A stretch of 63,614 bases of DNA, the filler included, from Welwitschia mirabilis (taxonomy: Eukaryota), in NCBI GenBank assembly GCA_051453625.1. It is 4 parts of one record of this genome, joined end to end, with 100 filler letters (N's around TTAATTAATTAA, not from the genome) between each part and the next. Parts side by side here need not be neighbours in the genome. Positions count along the whole stretch, not along the records: positions 27,272 to 45,147 come from JBOZIK010000001.1; positions 45,248 to 61,370 come from JBOZIK010000001.1; 2 more parts are not named here. One strand, 5' to 3'. Positions within the stretch are counted from its first letter, which is position 1; the number at the start of each line of letters is the position of its first letter. Position numbers and translations under genes: made by a program. The notes under the pieces are model-generated. The model saw only the letters and a program-made list of their open reading frames with translations. It was not told where the DNA came from and did no database searches. Shown in pieces: positions 41,224 to 52,391 of the stretch.

Positions 41224-43152
41224 CTTAGATGTAAAGGTGACAATTAAAAAGAGTACGAATTTAATTCCAACTTGTGATTTATGTGAAGACAACTATAATA
41301 TAGTAAAAGATTATCCTTTATCGCCTATTTATAAAGAAAATATTTATGAATAGATATGTGCACTAAACTAAAAGTATTCAAACTTTAGAAACCAAACTAA
41401 AAATCAAAATCATAACAATTTTAACCTAGGATGAATGGTATAAATAAGTACTATAATATTTCTAACCACAACTAAAGTTGGGCTTAGAGGTTGGACTTAT
41501 AATAGTGGTTAAATCTAAGCACCATGTATCAAATTAGAGATAAGACATGTAATAAAACTAAATTTATCTGTATTAAGAATCACATAATTTAACATTCATC
41601 TTACAGGAATATAAACATGACAATCTCAATAATGGAATTCATAAAAAGAACTCCTCCTCTACCTCTAGAATGACAAGAGACGAAGGAAGTGCTCTTTATA
41701 AAAATGCAGTTACAAGTAGTTTGAAGATGAAAACCTTGAATTTTAAAAAATTTTAAGTAAATCATCCAAATTTTTAACCATTTAAAAATATATTTAAGAA
41801 TGCTAACTTTCAAACAAATCACTTCAACTTCCAACTAAGTAATTCAAATTATTAAGCAGGCATTTCAAATTTTAAAAAATCAAAATGATCCACTTAGAAA
41901 TACCATTGATGAGTAAAGAAAATCTGAAAAGAAGATAAAGTCAAACATTAAAAATCTTGTTAATGTTCTTCAATAAACTATGCTTTCTAATCAAAGACCA
42001 CAAGGATTACTTCCATCACAAGCTTTACCAAATACTAATGAAGTAAAAAAAGATTATAAGATTGTAATAAGAAGTGGAAATGATACAATACCTCCTATGC
42101 ATAAGGCTTTAACATTCCAAAATGATAATAATGAAAAGAAAAAATATCATATTAGAATATTAGAAAATCATGCTTTTCCTTCTTTTTTTAATGATAATAA
42201 GAAAAATGCTTTTCAAGATAAAGGTAAAAAACCTACTACCCTTTAGGTTAATGGATTGAAAACTAATCCTACTTTTGATAAGCATCTTAAAGCCTTAATG
42301 CAAAATGTAAGTATAAATTTATCATTTTGGAAAATTTTATTAGAGAATCCTAAATATTCTAAGTTATGAAAAGAGTTAATTAGAAGAAAACAAAGATGAA
42401 CTATACCTAAAAAAGTCTTCCTAGCCTAATCTATAACAAACTTAGTCTTATAAAAATGTTCAAAATTTAAGGTCCAAGGGAAAAAATAATTATTATTACT
42501 TTAGAAGAAAAAGAAAAGAATAAAGAAAGTATTAATCAATGTAGAAGTAAGTGTTAGAATTATGCCTCTACTCGTTTATCAATGACTTAATTTGAAAAGT
42601 AGAATTGAGCCTACATGAATTGTCTTAGATTTAATAGATATATTAATAAAGATATATTTAGAGTAATTAAAGATTTGGTGATTAAGATTGAAGAAGCATT
42701 CTATTCTATAGATGTGTTTGTGATTGAACTTAAGCATAACTTAGGTTATCCACTACCTTTAAGTAGAGCATTTTGTGTAAGAGCTGATTGTATTATCAAT
42801 ACTAGAACTAAAATGATGGAATGTCACTTAGAAAATAAAAAGTTTACCACTAGAGTTTTTGATAATGCTAAAAAGAATTTAGATGATGAGTTAAATAATG
42901 AAGAAGAAATTAAACTAACTCTATTTTTATAGCATTGTCTACTTAAAAAGAGATGGTTAATGCTTTATAAACCTATCTTATTTAATGATCCACTTGAAGT
43001 AAAAAACTTGAAAGCTTTCAATGCTGATCAAATTAACTATAAGCATATAGGTATTGATTCTTTTAATCAAGAGTAGAGAAATTAAAATTGTAAATTATGC
43101 AGAGGTTCAAAATCTAAACAATACTAAGATTTCTTATTTTGAGGAAGGTCAT

Positions 43153-45147
43153 TTTTGCGGTGTGTATTTATGCATGCTTTTACACTTAAACAGATATTAT
43201 CATTAGTAATAAAAATAGATCTTATACATAATACAATATGCTAGAATAATGGGAGTGACTCAAAATGTCATATCTTATTAAAGTCTATCCATAAGGAAAC
43301 TTAGGTTACTTTTGACTAGAAATAATAAATAATAATGCAGGAAATTAAACTACTATGCAAAGTGCAATTTAAACTAACATGCAATGCAAAATAATCCTAA
43401 CCCTACTTTGCTCTTCAGCCCTAACAAGAAATACCCTTGATAATTTATGTCATCTAAGAAATTATTATGAGATCTTAAGCAACATTAGACTATAAGGGAC
43501 ATAAGAAATCCTAAAATGTAAAAAATACAAACATGTAAAGAAAACCAAGATTTATATTAAAGTGATAATAATATTTGGATTACAAAATAGCCAGGTCTCA
43601 ATAGAAGATACTCAGCCCTCTACCAAGTGCTTGTTTTTCTGTAACTCTCAAGATAGATCTCTCATCCTTCACTCTTCTATCATAAGAAACTTTGTACATC
43701 GAAGATGGAAATGAGAGTAGAAGGAGGGCCTTATTTATAGCAAAATACAATAGAAATAGGCAAATAGAAGGTGTGATTACGCGCACTCATTAAGCACTCA
43801 GAAATGGATGCAACATCTAAGAGATTCTGTCAGTGACAATTACATGTCAGTGTTATCTGTGATGTCATCTGGATGACTTGGGGACAACATACTATTACAA
43901 AATATCTCAAACATAATGACTCAGTAGTCCACATAAGCAGTCATTATCCTGCTTGTCGTGGGGACGATGGAGGGGATGACGGTCTTTTTTAATGTCTTTC
44001 TTGAGAAGAAACTTAGCCAATTTGTCATAAAAAGATTTATTTACCAAAAAGTGCCTTAAATGCACTAAATTTAGATAACAACTATACTTTTCTGAGATTT
44101 CCTCTTTCTTCAAAATCCTTAGAATTTTATTGAAACCTATATAAAAGTCTTGTAAAACAACTCATAAAACCCATTAAATAACTATAAATTAGCAACATAA
44201 CATAGCCTCCCACTTACCCTTTATTAGTTCCTAACAAAACCATGCAGAAAAACCATAATTTCAAGCGAATTTACTTTTAAAAGATAAATCTAAAAAGCAT
44301 AAAAACAGACTCATAAAAACACATTATATGGGTAGATAATAAGTAATGCACAATGTGTATAAAAATTTTGAAAATTTTATGTCATGAAATCTTTAAAATT
44401 TTTTAAAAACAATCTATGTAAATGGGTCTTTGCTTCCCGCCCCCCTCCCTACACAGAAAAGGCAATATGTCTTGGAGTGACAAATAAAGCAAAGAAGATA
44501 AATAGGAGTGGGAAGGTAGGTAAATGGAAATGAGAAGAACTTTCAAAACAAAGTGCAAAGTTGAGTAATATCAGATTTTAAAAATATAGCGATATGAAAT
44601 AGTCTAACAAGTGAAGAAAAAGTGAACAAAAAGTGTTTTATCATATAAAAGAATATGAGCAGTGCTTAACTACACCAAAAATCTAATAAATAACATAAGT
44701 CTAAACAAGAAATTAACTTTTATTAAAAATTAAAATGGAAAAATATGCTAAGAAAATATGGTAATGGCTTTGAAATAACAAACCAAACCGGAAAAGAAAA
44801 TAAAAATAATGAGCATAAGATAACATAAAAAAAAGATAGCTCACCATTCTGATATTTTAACCTAGTAATTTCCAATGAAAGTAATCATAACATTACTTAA
44901 TGTAAAAAATGCATGAATTAATATACAAAAATTCTATTCAATAAGGTAGTGATTATGACGATGTTAAAGTTAAATGCTTAAAAAAGTAAATGATTAGATT
45001 AAAGAATTGCTCAAAAATAAACTCTTCTACCATCATCTCAAAATAAACACCAAAATCTTAAGAAATAAAATAACAATGTGGAAATACTAAGATTCTAGGA
45101 AACAAGAAATATCTTTGATGACACTAGGAACACCATTGATCCCATAT
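43153..45147 (-). mobile_element. Athila-like element #5: 3' region, PPT and 3' LTR (43153-44202), inserted into element #4
   Basis: Minus-strand PPT TAAGTGGGAGG (44206-44216) then TGTTATGTTGC. LTR is homologous to 58427-59467. 44880-45147 aligns to 6760-7035. Confidence 0.85.
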
Positions 45148-45247
45148 NNNNNNNNNNNNNNNNNNNNNNNNNNNNNNNNNNNNNNNNNNNNTTAATTAAT
45201 TAANNNNNNNNNNNNNNNNNNNNNNNNNNNNNNNNNNNNNNNNNNNN
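45148..45247. other. Artificial scaffold spacer
   Basis: 44 N + TTAATTAATTAA (45192-45203) + 44 N. Confidence 0.97.
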
Positions 45248-47643
45248 AGGCAGAATTACCCAATGACATTCAGTTTAGCCCCATAATCGACAAAGGCTCT
45301 AGCTACTTTAGTAGAACGAATGTTTATCAAGATGTAGGATGGTTCAGTGATAATTGTTCTTTGAGAGGTGGATGAGATCTCTTCAGGTTGAAATTGGATT
45401 ATCGCATAATCCTCATCATTCTTCTGAACATCTACTTGGTTTGAAGTAGGTTGTTGTTTTAGAGGTGTCTTCGATGTTAAACATTCCTTACATAATATTT
45501 CAAAGGCTTGTTTGTAAGATTCAAAGTTTATGATTAATGAAGAGAGATAGTGATACGCTTCCTCTACTTTAGAAGCATGCGATTGTGACTGAACATTTGA
45601 TTGAGAGGTAAATCGATTTTGAGTGTCTTCTATCTTAACTAATTGTTGTAGTTTTTGCTTGTTTTCCTAAATGATTTGTTTTAAACGTTTTGTCAATTGT
45701 TTCTTGACTACCCAAATTGCGTATGAGGTGTTATCATCTTGAACTACCACATTTGTAGTATCTACAATGTCGGAGCTTGAGTCAGAAATGGGTTTTTATA
45801 AATCTTAAGCTGTTCATTTGCAACTGTGAGGATCATATCAAATTTGATCTCTTTTTTATTCTCTATGATGTCTTGGACGATATGTTTTAGGTTAAAGTAG
45901 TTTTCTATGTGATGTCCCATGATTCTATGATATTCATAGTATTTTGACTCATCATAACTCTTCGGTTTTAGTGCATTGGGATTTTTCTCCCTAATTGGAG
46001 GCAGTTGAATTGCCCCCTTTTGTAATAAAATTTCAAGGATCTTTGTCAAGGGAATTTGTAACCTAGTAAAGTTTCTTCTAGGTCTTTGAATTGTGTTTTA
46101 GTTGTCAGGGTAGTTTTGGTTTTGGTTTTGAGTCGAGAAAGATTATCATTGATTTAGGAGCTATTGTTGAGGTGATTGAAATTATTGTTATTGAGACGAC
46201 ATTTGTGTTTGAAAATTGGGTAGTTGCTAAGATGGCGGGTAATAAGATTGACCTAAAACTGGTTGAAATAAAAAAGTATGTGGAGGAAAAGAAGGTTGTG
46301 ATTGTAACTGTTGCATTATTGGACTACTGACAAGTTAAGGCGAGTAACTTGTTTGAGGAGACTATGAAGTATGGTCAACTACTGCTACATTCTTCGTATT
46401 GTTCATTCTATTATTATTGTTGCTGTCTCTTCTTGGTGATTTGTTTTGTGATGTGTTACCATACTTTATGCCACCCTTTTCTCTACTTATGACTTTAATT
46501 CGTTTTACTAATATTACTACTTATTTGAATGTTTCGAACGCTTACATCCTAAGATGTTTAGAAACATATGGGATGCATGACTTGGTGAATAGGTATGCCA
46601 TATCAGAATTCGTAATGGGGGTTTCTAATTGCAAAGCGATAACCCTCCATCATCGAGTGTAGTCCTAGATGGTCTTATTGAATTATTGTTTCAATGTTGT
46701 CAGAGAATCTAGGGTCATTTTCTTTGTAATATTTATCGAATAGTGCTACACAAACATCTCAAACAGTTGTTTTAAGCTTGTAATTGAGTGTGCCAGCAGG
46801 GAATGGTACCATTCAAGGGCTTGTCGCATAAGAGATTGACAAAATAGATGGCATGCAGTGTTTCTTTCGATGTTATACATGTGACATAAGTGCTTGAAGT
46901 TCCTAATGTGAATAACAGTGTCTTTGACACCTATAAACTTTTCGAAATTGGGCATTTTACTAGGAAAAATGACCTTGTGATGAACAGAGGGGTCGATTGG
47001 TGTATCATCAAAATCTGTATTAAGGTAGTTCTTCTTGGTTTGGAGGCCTCGTTTGATGTCATTGATGGCCTCCCAAAGCATGTTGAACTCAGTTGACTAG
47101 ATTTGGGGTTTATTGTTGTCAACTCATTGAATTTTAGATGGTTCATCCTCATTTGTTTCATATTCAAATAGACTATTGTCATCAAAGTTTTTCTTTGGGA
47201 TTTGTTATGTTGGTTTTTGTATTGTTTGAGGTTTTTCTTCATAACCCCATTTATTTACAAACTCCATATTTTTATTATATTTTTGTGAAAAGGGGTCTTC
47301 AAGGAGAACCTTGTTCTCATTGTCTGAAATTACTAGTTTTCTGATTGCTAAAGAACGAATTCTTTGGATGGGATGGGTTAAGTAACCCTCCCAATAACTT
47401 CTGTAGTCATTCATGCCATAAAGTTTGTTAGGAGTGAGAGTTGAAGGGTGTTTTTAGACGAATACCTTGTACTTATCTTCAGAGATGCAGGCTTGTTTTT
47501 TATGGGTGAACATCAGCATTATGGCTATTGTGAAATGTAACAAGGTGGTAGGCAAAGTAAAGCGAAAATAAATACAATTCAAATAAAGTGATAACGAAAC
47601 GATAAAAGGCCTACACGAGGGGCCCTCCTTCTAGCACCAAAAC
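45248..47643 (-). mobile_element. Tat-clade gypsy element: PBS and degenerate gag
   Basis: Gag MPNFEKFIGVKDTVIHIRNF...LFCQSLMRQALEWYHSL (46746-47081) and decayed Zn-knuckle YEYHRIMGHHIENY (45762-46049). PBS lies upstream. Confidence 0.8.
47623..47639 (-). promoter_or_regulatory. PBS complementary to plant tRNA-Asn(GUU) 3' end
   Basis: Minus strand TGGTGCTAGAAGGAGGG. The plus strand CCCTCCTTCTAGCACCA matches the tRNA-Asn end CCCTCCTTCTAGCG-CCA with one CpG change. Confidence 0.75.
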
Positions 47644-47718
47644 TATTACAAAAAATTTATTCACAACTTTGTATTTCTTAAGATAAAATTTGAGACAATG
47701 GATTCAAGGTAAACCAGT

Positions 47719-48861
47719 GTTTAAACCAAACAATTTTGAAATAAACATATGCGTAATGATAATTTTTCTAAAGTATATGGAATATGTTTTTTTTTAAAAT
47801 TAAGATAATGATTAAAAAAAATTCTAGGAAAGAGGGAAAAAAATCTATCTAAGATATAAAACCTGAATATGGATTTGCACAAAAGAAAGGCTAAATAAAT
47901 TTCTTTTCTCTTCAAATTATTTAACCTATTCTAGAATTCTTGAGATAAGAAAAGAATAGATTAGAACTTTTCTTGGCTTGGGCTAACTATTAAGAATTTT
48001 GAAATAATGGCTTCAAAAATAAAGAGAGTTTTTTTTTTTTTAAAAGAAGATTATTATTGTATGGTAAATGAGAAATTAAAAGAAAAGAATTTTCCTGATC
48101 CGCTTTTGTTTTCTCAACACCTCGGCCGTGTCTTTCCACGCTCCTTTTTGGTCCAACCCTCTCTTTTTCGATTACGTTTGTTCTGTCGCCTTTTGAACGC
48201 NNNNNNNNNNNNNNNNNNNNNNNNNNNNNNNNNNNNNNNNNNNNNNNNNNNNNNNNNNNNNNNNNNNNNNNNNNNNNNNNNNNNNNNNNNNNNNNNNNNN
48301 AAAAAAATGAGTGCGATATTAAATAAGGGATGTAATGTTAAACATGAAAGTATGACATTAAAGGTATATGAGCGTTTAAACCAAACAATTTTGAAATGAA
48401 CATATGCGTAATGATAATTTCTTGAAAGTCTATGGAATATGTTTTTTTTTAAATTAAGATAATGATTAAAAAAATTCTATGAGAAAAAAAAGAAAAAAAA
48501 ATCTATCTAGGATATAAAACCTAAATAAGGATTTACACAAAAGAAAGGCTAAATAAATTTCTCTTCTCTTCAAATTATTTAACCTATTCTAGAATTCTTA
48601 AGATAAGGAAAGAATAGATTTAAACTTTTCTTGGCTTGGGCCAACTATTAAGAATGTTTAAATAATGGCTTCAAAAATAAAAAAGTTTTTTTTTTTAAAA
48701 AAAAAGAAGATTATTATTGTATGGTGAATGAGAAATTAAAAGAAAAGAATTTTCTTGACCCGCTTTTGTTTTCTCAACACCCCTGCCGTTCCTTTCTGCG
48801 CTCCTTTTTGGTCCACCCCTTCTCTTTTTCGATTGCGTTCATTCTGTTGCCTTCTGAACAC
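47719..48861. repeat. ~480-bp direct repeat flanking a 100-N gap (47719-48200 and 48374-48861)
   Basis: Both copies begin GTTTAAACCAAACAATTTTGAAAT, run through an AT-rich block into a CpG-containing block, and differ by scattered substitutions. Confidence 0.9.
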
Positions 48862-49717
48862 TGCTCCGCTTCTTCTCTTGGCATTTTTCTGCTGCTACGC
48901 TGTCGTTTGCGGTGACGTTTTCTGATGCCTAGTTTTCTATGTCTCTCATTGGTCTATTGTTCTCCGGTTTCTCTGTGTATTGCATCCGTTGGCATTTTTT
49001 TTTTATGCCGTTCGCCGTCCTGTGCGTCTATGTGATGGCGTCTTTTTATTGTTGTCGTCTGGCGCCTCCGTTTTTTGTTCTGGCATTTTGTATTGCTGGT
49101 GCGTTGCTGTTGTGTGTTCTTTGATGGTCGTGGCGTCTGTGTGCTGCTGTGCGCTTTTGTTCTTTACTGCTTTTGCTCTGATGTGTGCACTGTAACGCTG
49201 TTCTATTGCTTTTTCTTGATCTCTGTTGCAATCTCTCTTGTCTGAGATGCCTTTATTCGCTGCGTTCTCTGCGTTTTACTTCTTCGTGAATGGCCTCTTT
49301 TTTGAGCTTTGATGGTCGTTCTTTCTTCAATGGCCTTTTTCACCTGCGTTGCTAGTATCTCCTCTCCTTTTGGCGTTTTTCTTTGCTTCTCCGCTGTTGG
49401 CCGTATGCCGTTTTGTGTTCTGGCCTCTTCCTGTAATGTGCGTTTTTCGGCGTAACTTCCGTAAGTCTCCATCTCCAATGGAAATGTCGTTTCTTCCTCC
49501 GAATTCGTCTCTGTGTTATCTATTTTTGCTTTCTGTATTTGACACGAAGCAGAAGAAATACATATTTTCCTGTAGGTGGTTACTGTGATTTTTTTTTTTT
49601 TAAAATTTTCCTGTAGGNNNNNNNNNNNNNNNNNNNNNNNNNNNNNNNNNNNNNNNNNNNNNNNNNNNNNNNNNNNNNNNNNNNNNNNNNNNNNNNNNNN
49701 NNNNNNNNNNNNNNNNN

Positions 49718-50748
49718 GAAGAGTATTTACTAGTTCTTAATCAATATAAACTATGAGATCTATCTAAGTAATACTTGAAATGCAATATGAAAAGTAAGAA
49801 ATAAACAATGCAAATCTATTCTACTGAAATAGGTCAACTTTAACAAAGGTTGCCCTTATGATCTAAATAACCAAAGTGTGTCACTCAAATAAGATCAACT
49901 TAAATCATAAGGGAAATGCACAATAATGAGATGAAGAAAAGGATTGTATTAACTCAAGTAAAATCATAATAACATCCACTTACAAATCAGAAAAACAGCA
50001 CCTCAATGAGAGGGACATAGCCTGACACCAAGGAGACTCCTTTCTGTAGCATAGGATGGATCTCTTACCCCTCAAGCTTCCGTCACAAGTATATCAAGTA
50101 CAAAAGATTGTCAGAAATAAAAGAGGAGAAGGGTATTTATAGACTTCCAAAGAGAGGGATTTGGAGGCAAGCCCTAAAGGTGGGAAGTAGAAACCCTAAC
50201 GACCCACATGAGTTGTTTGACCCCATTTATAATAGAATTTATTACTTCAGTATAAAAACAGTTATCGTCTCTTATGTCGTCCGCACGACAAAGTGGATGA
50301 TGCTACCTTACAGCTTGGACAGTGTTCCATGTGCTACCATCAACCCCATGGGTTGCTGGCATGTAGTCTCGATGCTGTCGTCCTATATGTCATCTAGAAA
50401 ATAATGTGGACGAAGTCTTGTCATGATGTACTACTGCTGGCATTACCGACTACTGCCCATGTCAGCAGTCTGGTCGTCTCATGTATCGTGGAGATGACTA
50501 TGGGGATGATAGTCTTCTCTTGTTCTCTTCTCCCAGGTGAATTAGTCTTTGCCTTGTACAGTCCTTCTTCCAATCTTGCAATATTAGAATAGACCCAAGA
50601 AATTGCCAGAAATGCTAGATATCATATGTTTCACTGATCATCTTATCATGACTTTATAGATCTCAGTATTGTATCAAAAATCTATATGAATGTCCTGCAA
50701 AAATACTCAAAATACACCATCAAATTCCAATAAATTGGCATCACGACA
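49718..50748 (-). repeat. Athila-like LTR (related to element #1 LTR), inserted in the Sirevirus 5' LTR
   Basis: Minus-strand start TGTCGTGATGCCAATTTATTGGAATTTGATGG matches 5070. No PPT precedes it. The far end is lost in the gap. Confidence 0.8.
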
Positions 50749-52391
50749 ACAAATCATAAATAACTAAAGACATCTACACATTTGAAGATGCCTATAAAAA
50801 AGACATCTGCATATTTGAAGATGTCTATGAGAAATATATTAACACATTTGAAGATGTCTATAAGCAAAATATCCATTGCATCAGGGATGTCTAAGCTGAA
50901 CTAGACTTCATCATAAAGGAAGATATTATCTTGATAAATATTTCTACACTTAAATAAGGATTTACCAGAGGTGAAATACATCTATCACACTAAAGACATT
51001 TATGCTGATTTGACTATTGAAAGATGTCTACATAACTGAAGAAATCTATATTAAACTAGAAGAATTAATAAAAACAAAATTTATTTTGATGAATTATCTA
51101 CATCTCAAGGAATCAATCAAGTTTTACATCTTGTGTTCATGATTACTAAGGATTAAAGAAACTATAATTCAGTTTTTAATAGAATCTAGATAGTTTGACA
51201 AATACGTCTTTCATGTTGAAGAGGTCTTTTTGACAAGAGATGTCTATCATTTTTAAGAAATCTATCTAAAAATCTTATAAAAAATAAAATAGTTATTATA
51301 TTTCTAATACTGAACTATTTCTATTTTATGTATGATGATGATATATACCAAATAGCTACTCTTCTAAGAAAATAACTAGAATAACATCAAAAAGTATAAA
51401 GGACATAGAAGAATAAGAAAAATGTACAAATAACACATGAGTATTTAGAACTATACACAAAGTTGTTAAGATATCTTTGTAAGGAAACATGTAATGAATA
51501 CATCATTCAATCATTATATCCTATAGAGCTACATCATTCTAACCTATAGCACTTGTGGGTAATGATAACAAGGAAGAACTCAAGCTCTTTATTAATGATA
51601 CATCTTTTTAGTCTTATTATTTTATTTTTTTAATTATTTATTAGAACTAAATGTTGTGATGCATATTTATGCTTCTAATTTCAATATTCTAAAGATCGAA
51701 TTTAACTTGTAACATCTGAAACGCTAAATGTCTATTTGCATATAATACACATTTGTATAGTGGGATCAACCCAATTGTCATACACTTAGAGAAGACTATN
51801 NNNNNNNNNNNNNNNNNNNNNNNNNNNNNNNNNNNNNNNNNNNNNNNNNNNNNNNNNNNNNNNNNNNNNNNNNNNNNNNNNNNNNNNNNNNNNNNNNNNC
51901 AAGTTGAAATCTCAACACTAAATTGTAGGACTATTAAATTATTGAATACTTTTATTATAGTCCATTTCTTATTTTCTATCATAGGATCCCTTGCTAGGAT
52001 TTCTATATTATAAGGCAATTCTTGTATGAATGGGTTTCTGTAAGTTCTTGCGAGCACATTTTTATTTTTGCTCTATTGAAGGTCCCTGAGTGAAAGAGAG
52101 TGCTATCTGAAGAGGAGCATCTATATTGTATGTAAAATTAGTGGTGCTCTAAAACTAGTATTTTATATGTTAAGAATATCCAAAGTATGAGAGGAAGGTA
52201 ACCTCTATGTGTGGATGTACCCAAGTTGAAGAATCATGTTAAATCTAGTAAAGTTTTCAATATATATTTTTTAATTTTTTTAAGCTAAATTTGTTTTTGA
52301 TAAATTGTATTCACCGATTTCTCCTAAGTTCAATGATTCTCAAGTGGTATCAAAGTGGTTGCTCATAAAAAGGAGTATCCTTAAGTAAACT

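Larger units (their letters stand above)
36837..43152 (+). mobile_element. Athila-like gypsy retrotransposon #4 (5' LTR, PBS, gag, protease), interrupted by later insertions
   Basis: LTR ~36837-38314 ending AACA; PBS TAGCACCATTGTAGAGAA at 38318-38335. Gag and PR are colinear with element #3 (ORFs 41980-42246, 42615-42932). Confidence 0.9.

Noticed and set aside
48939..49588. Cluster of Cys/Phe-rich and Lys/Arg/Gln-rich ORFs
   Set aside because: They overlap on both strands in compositionally skewed low-complexity sequence and show no domain motifs.
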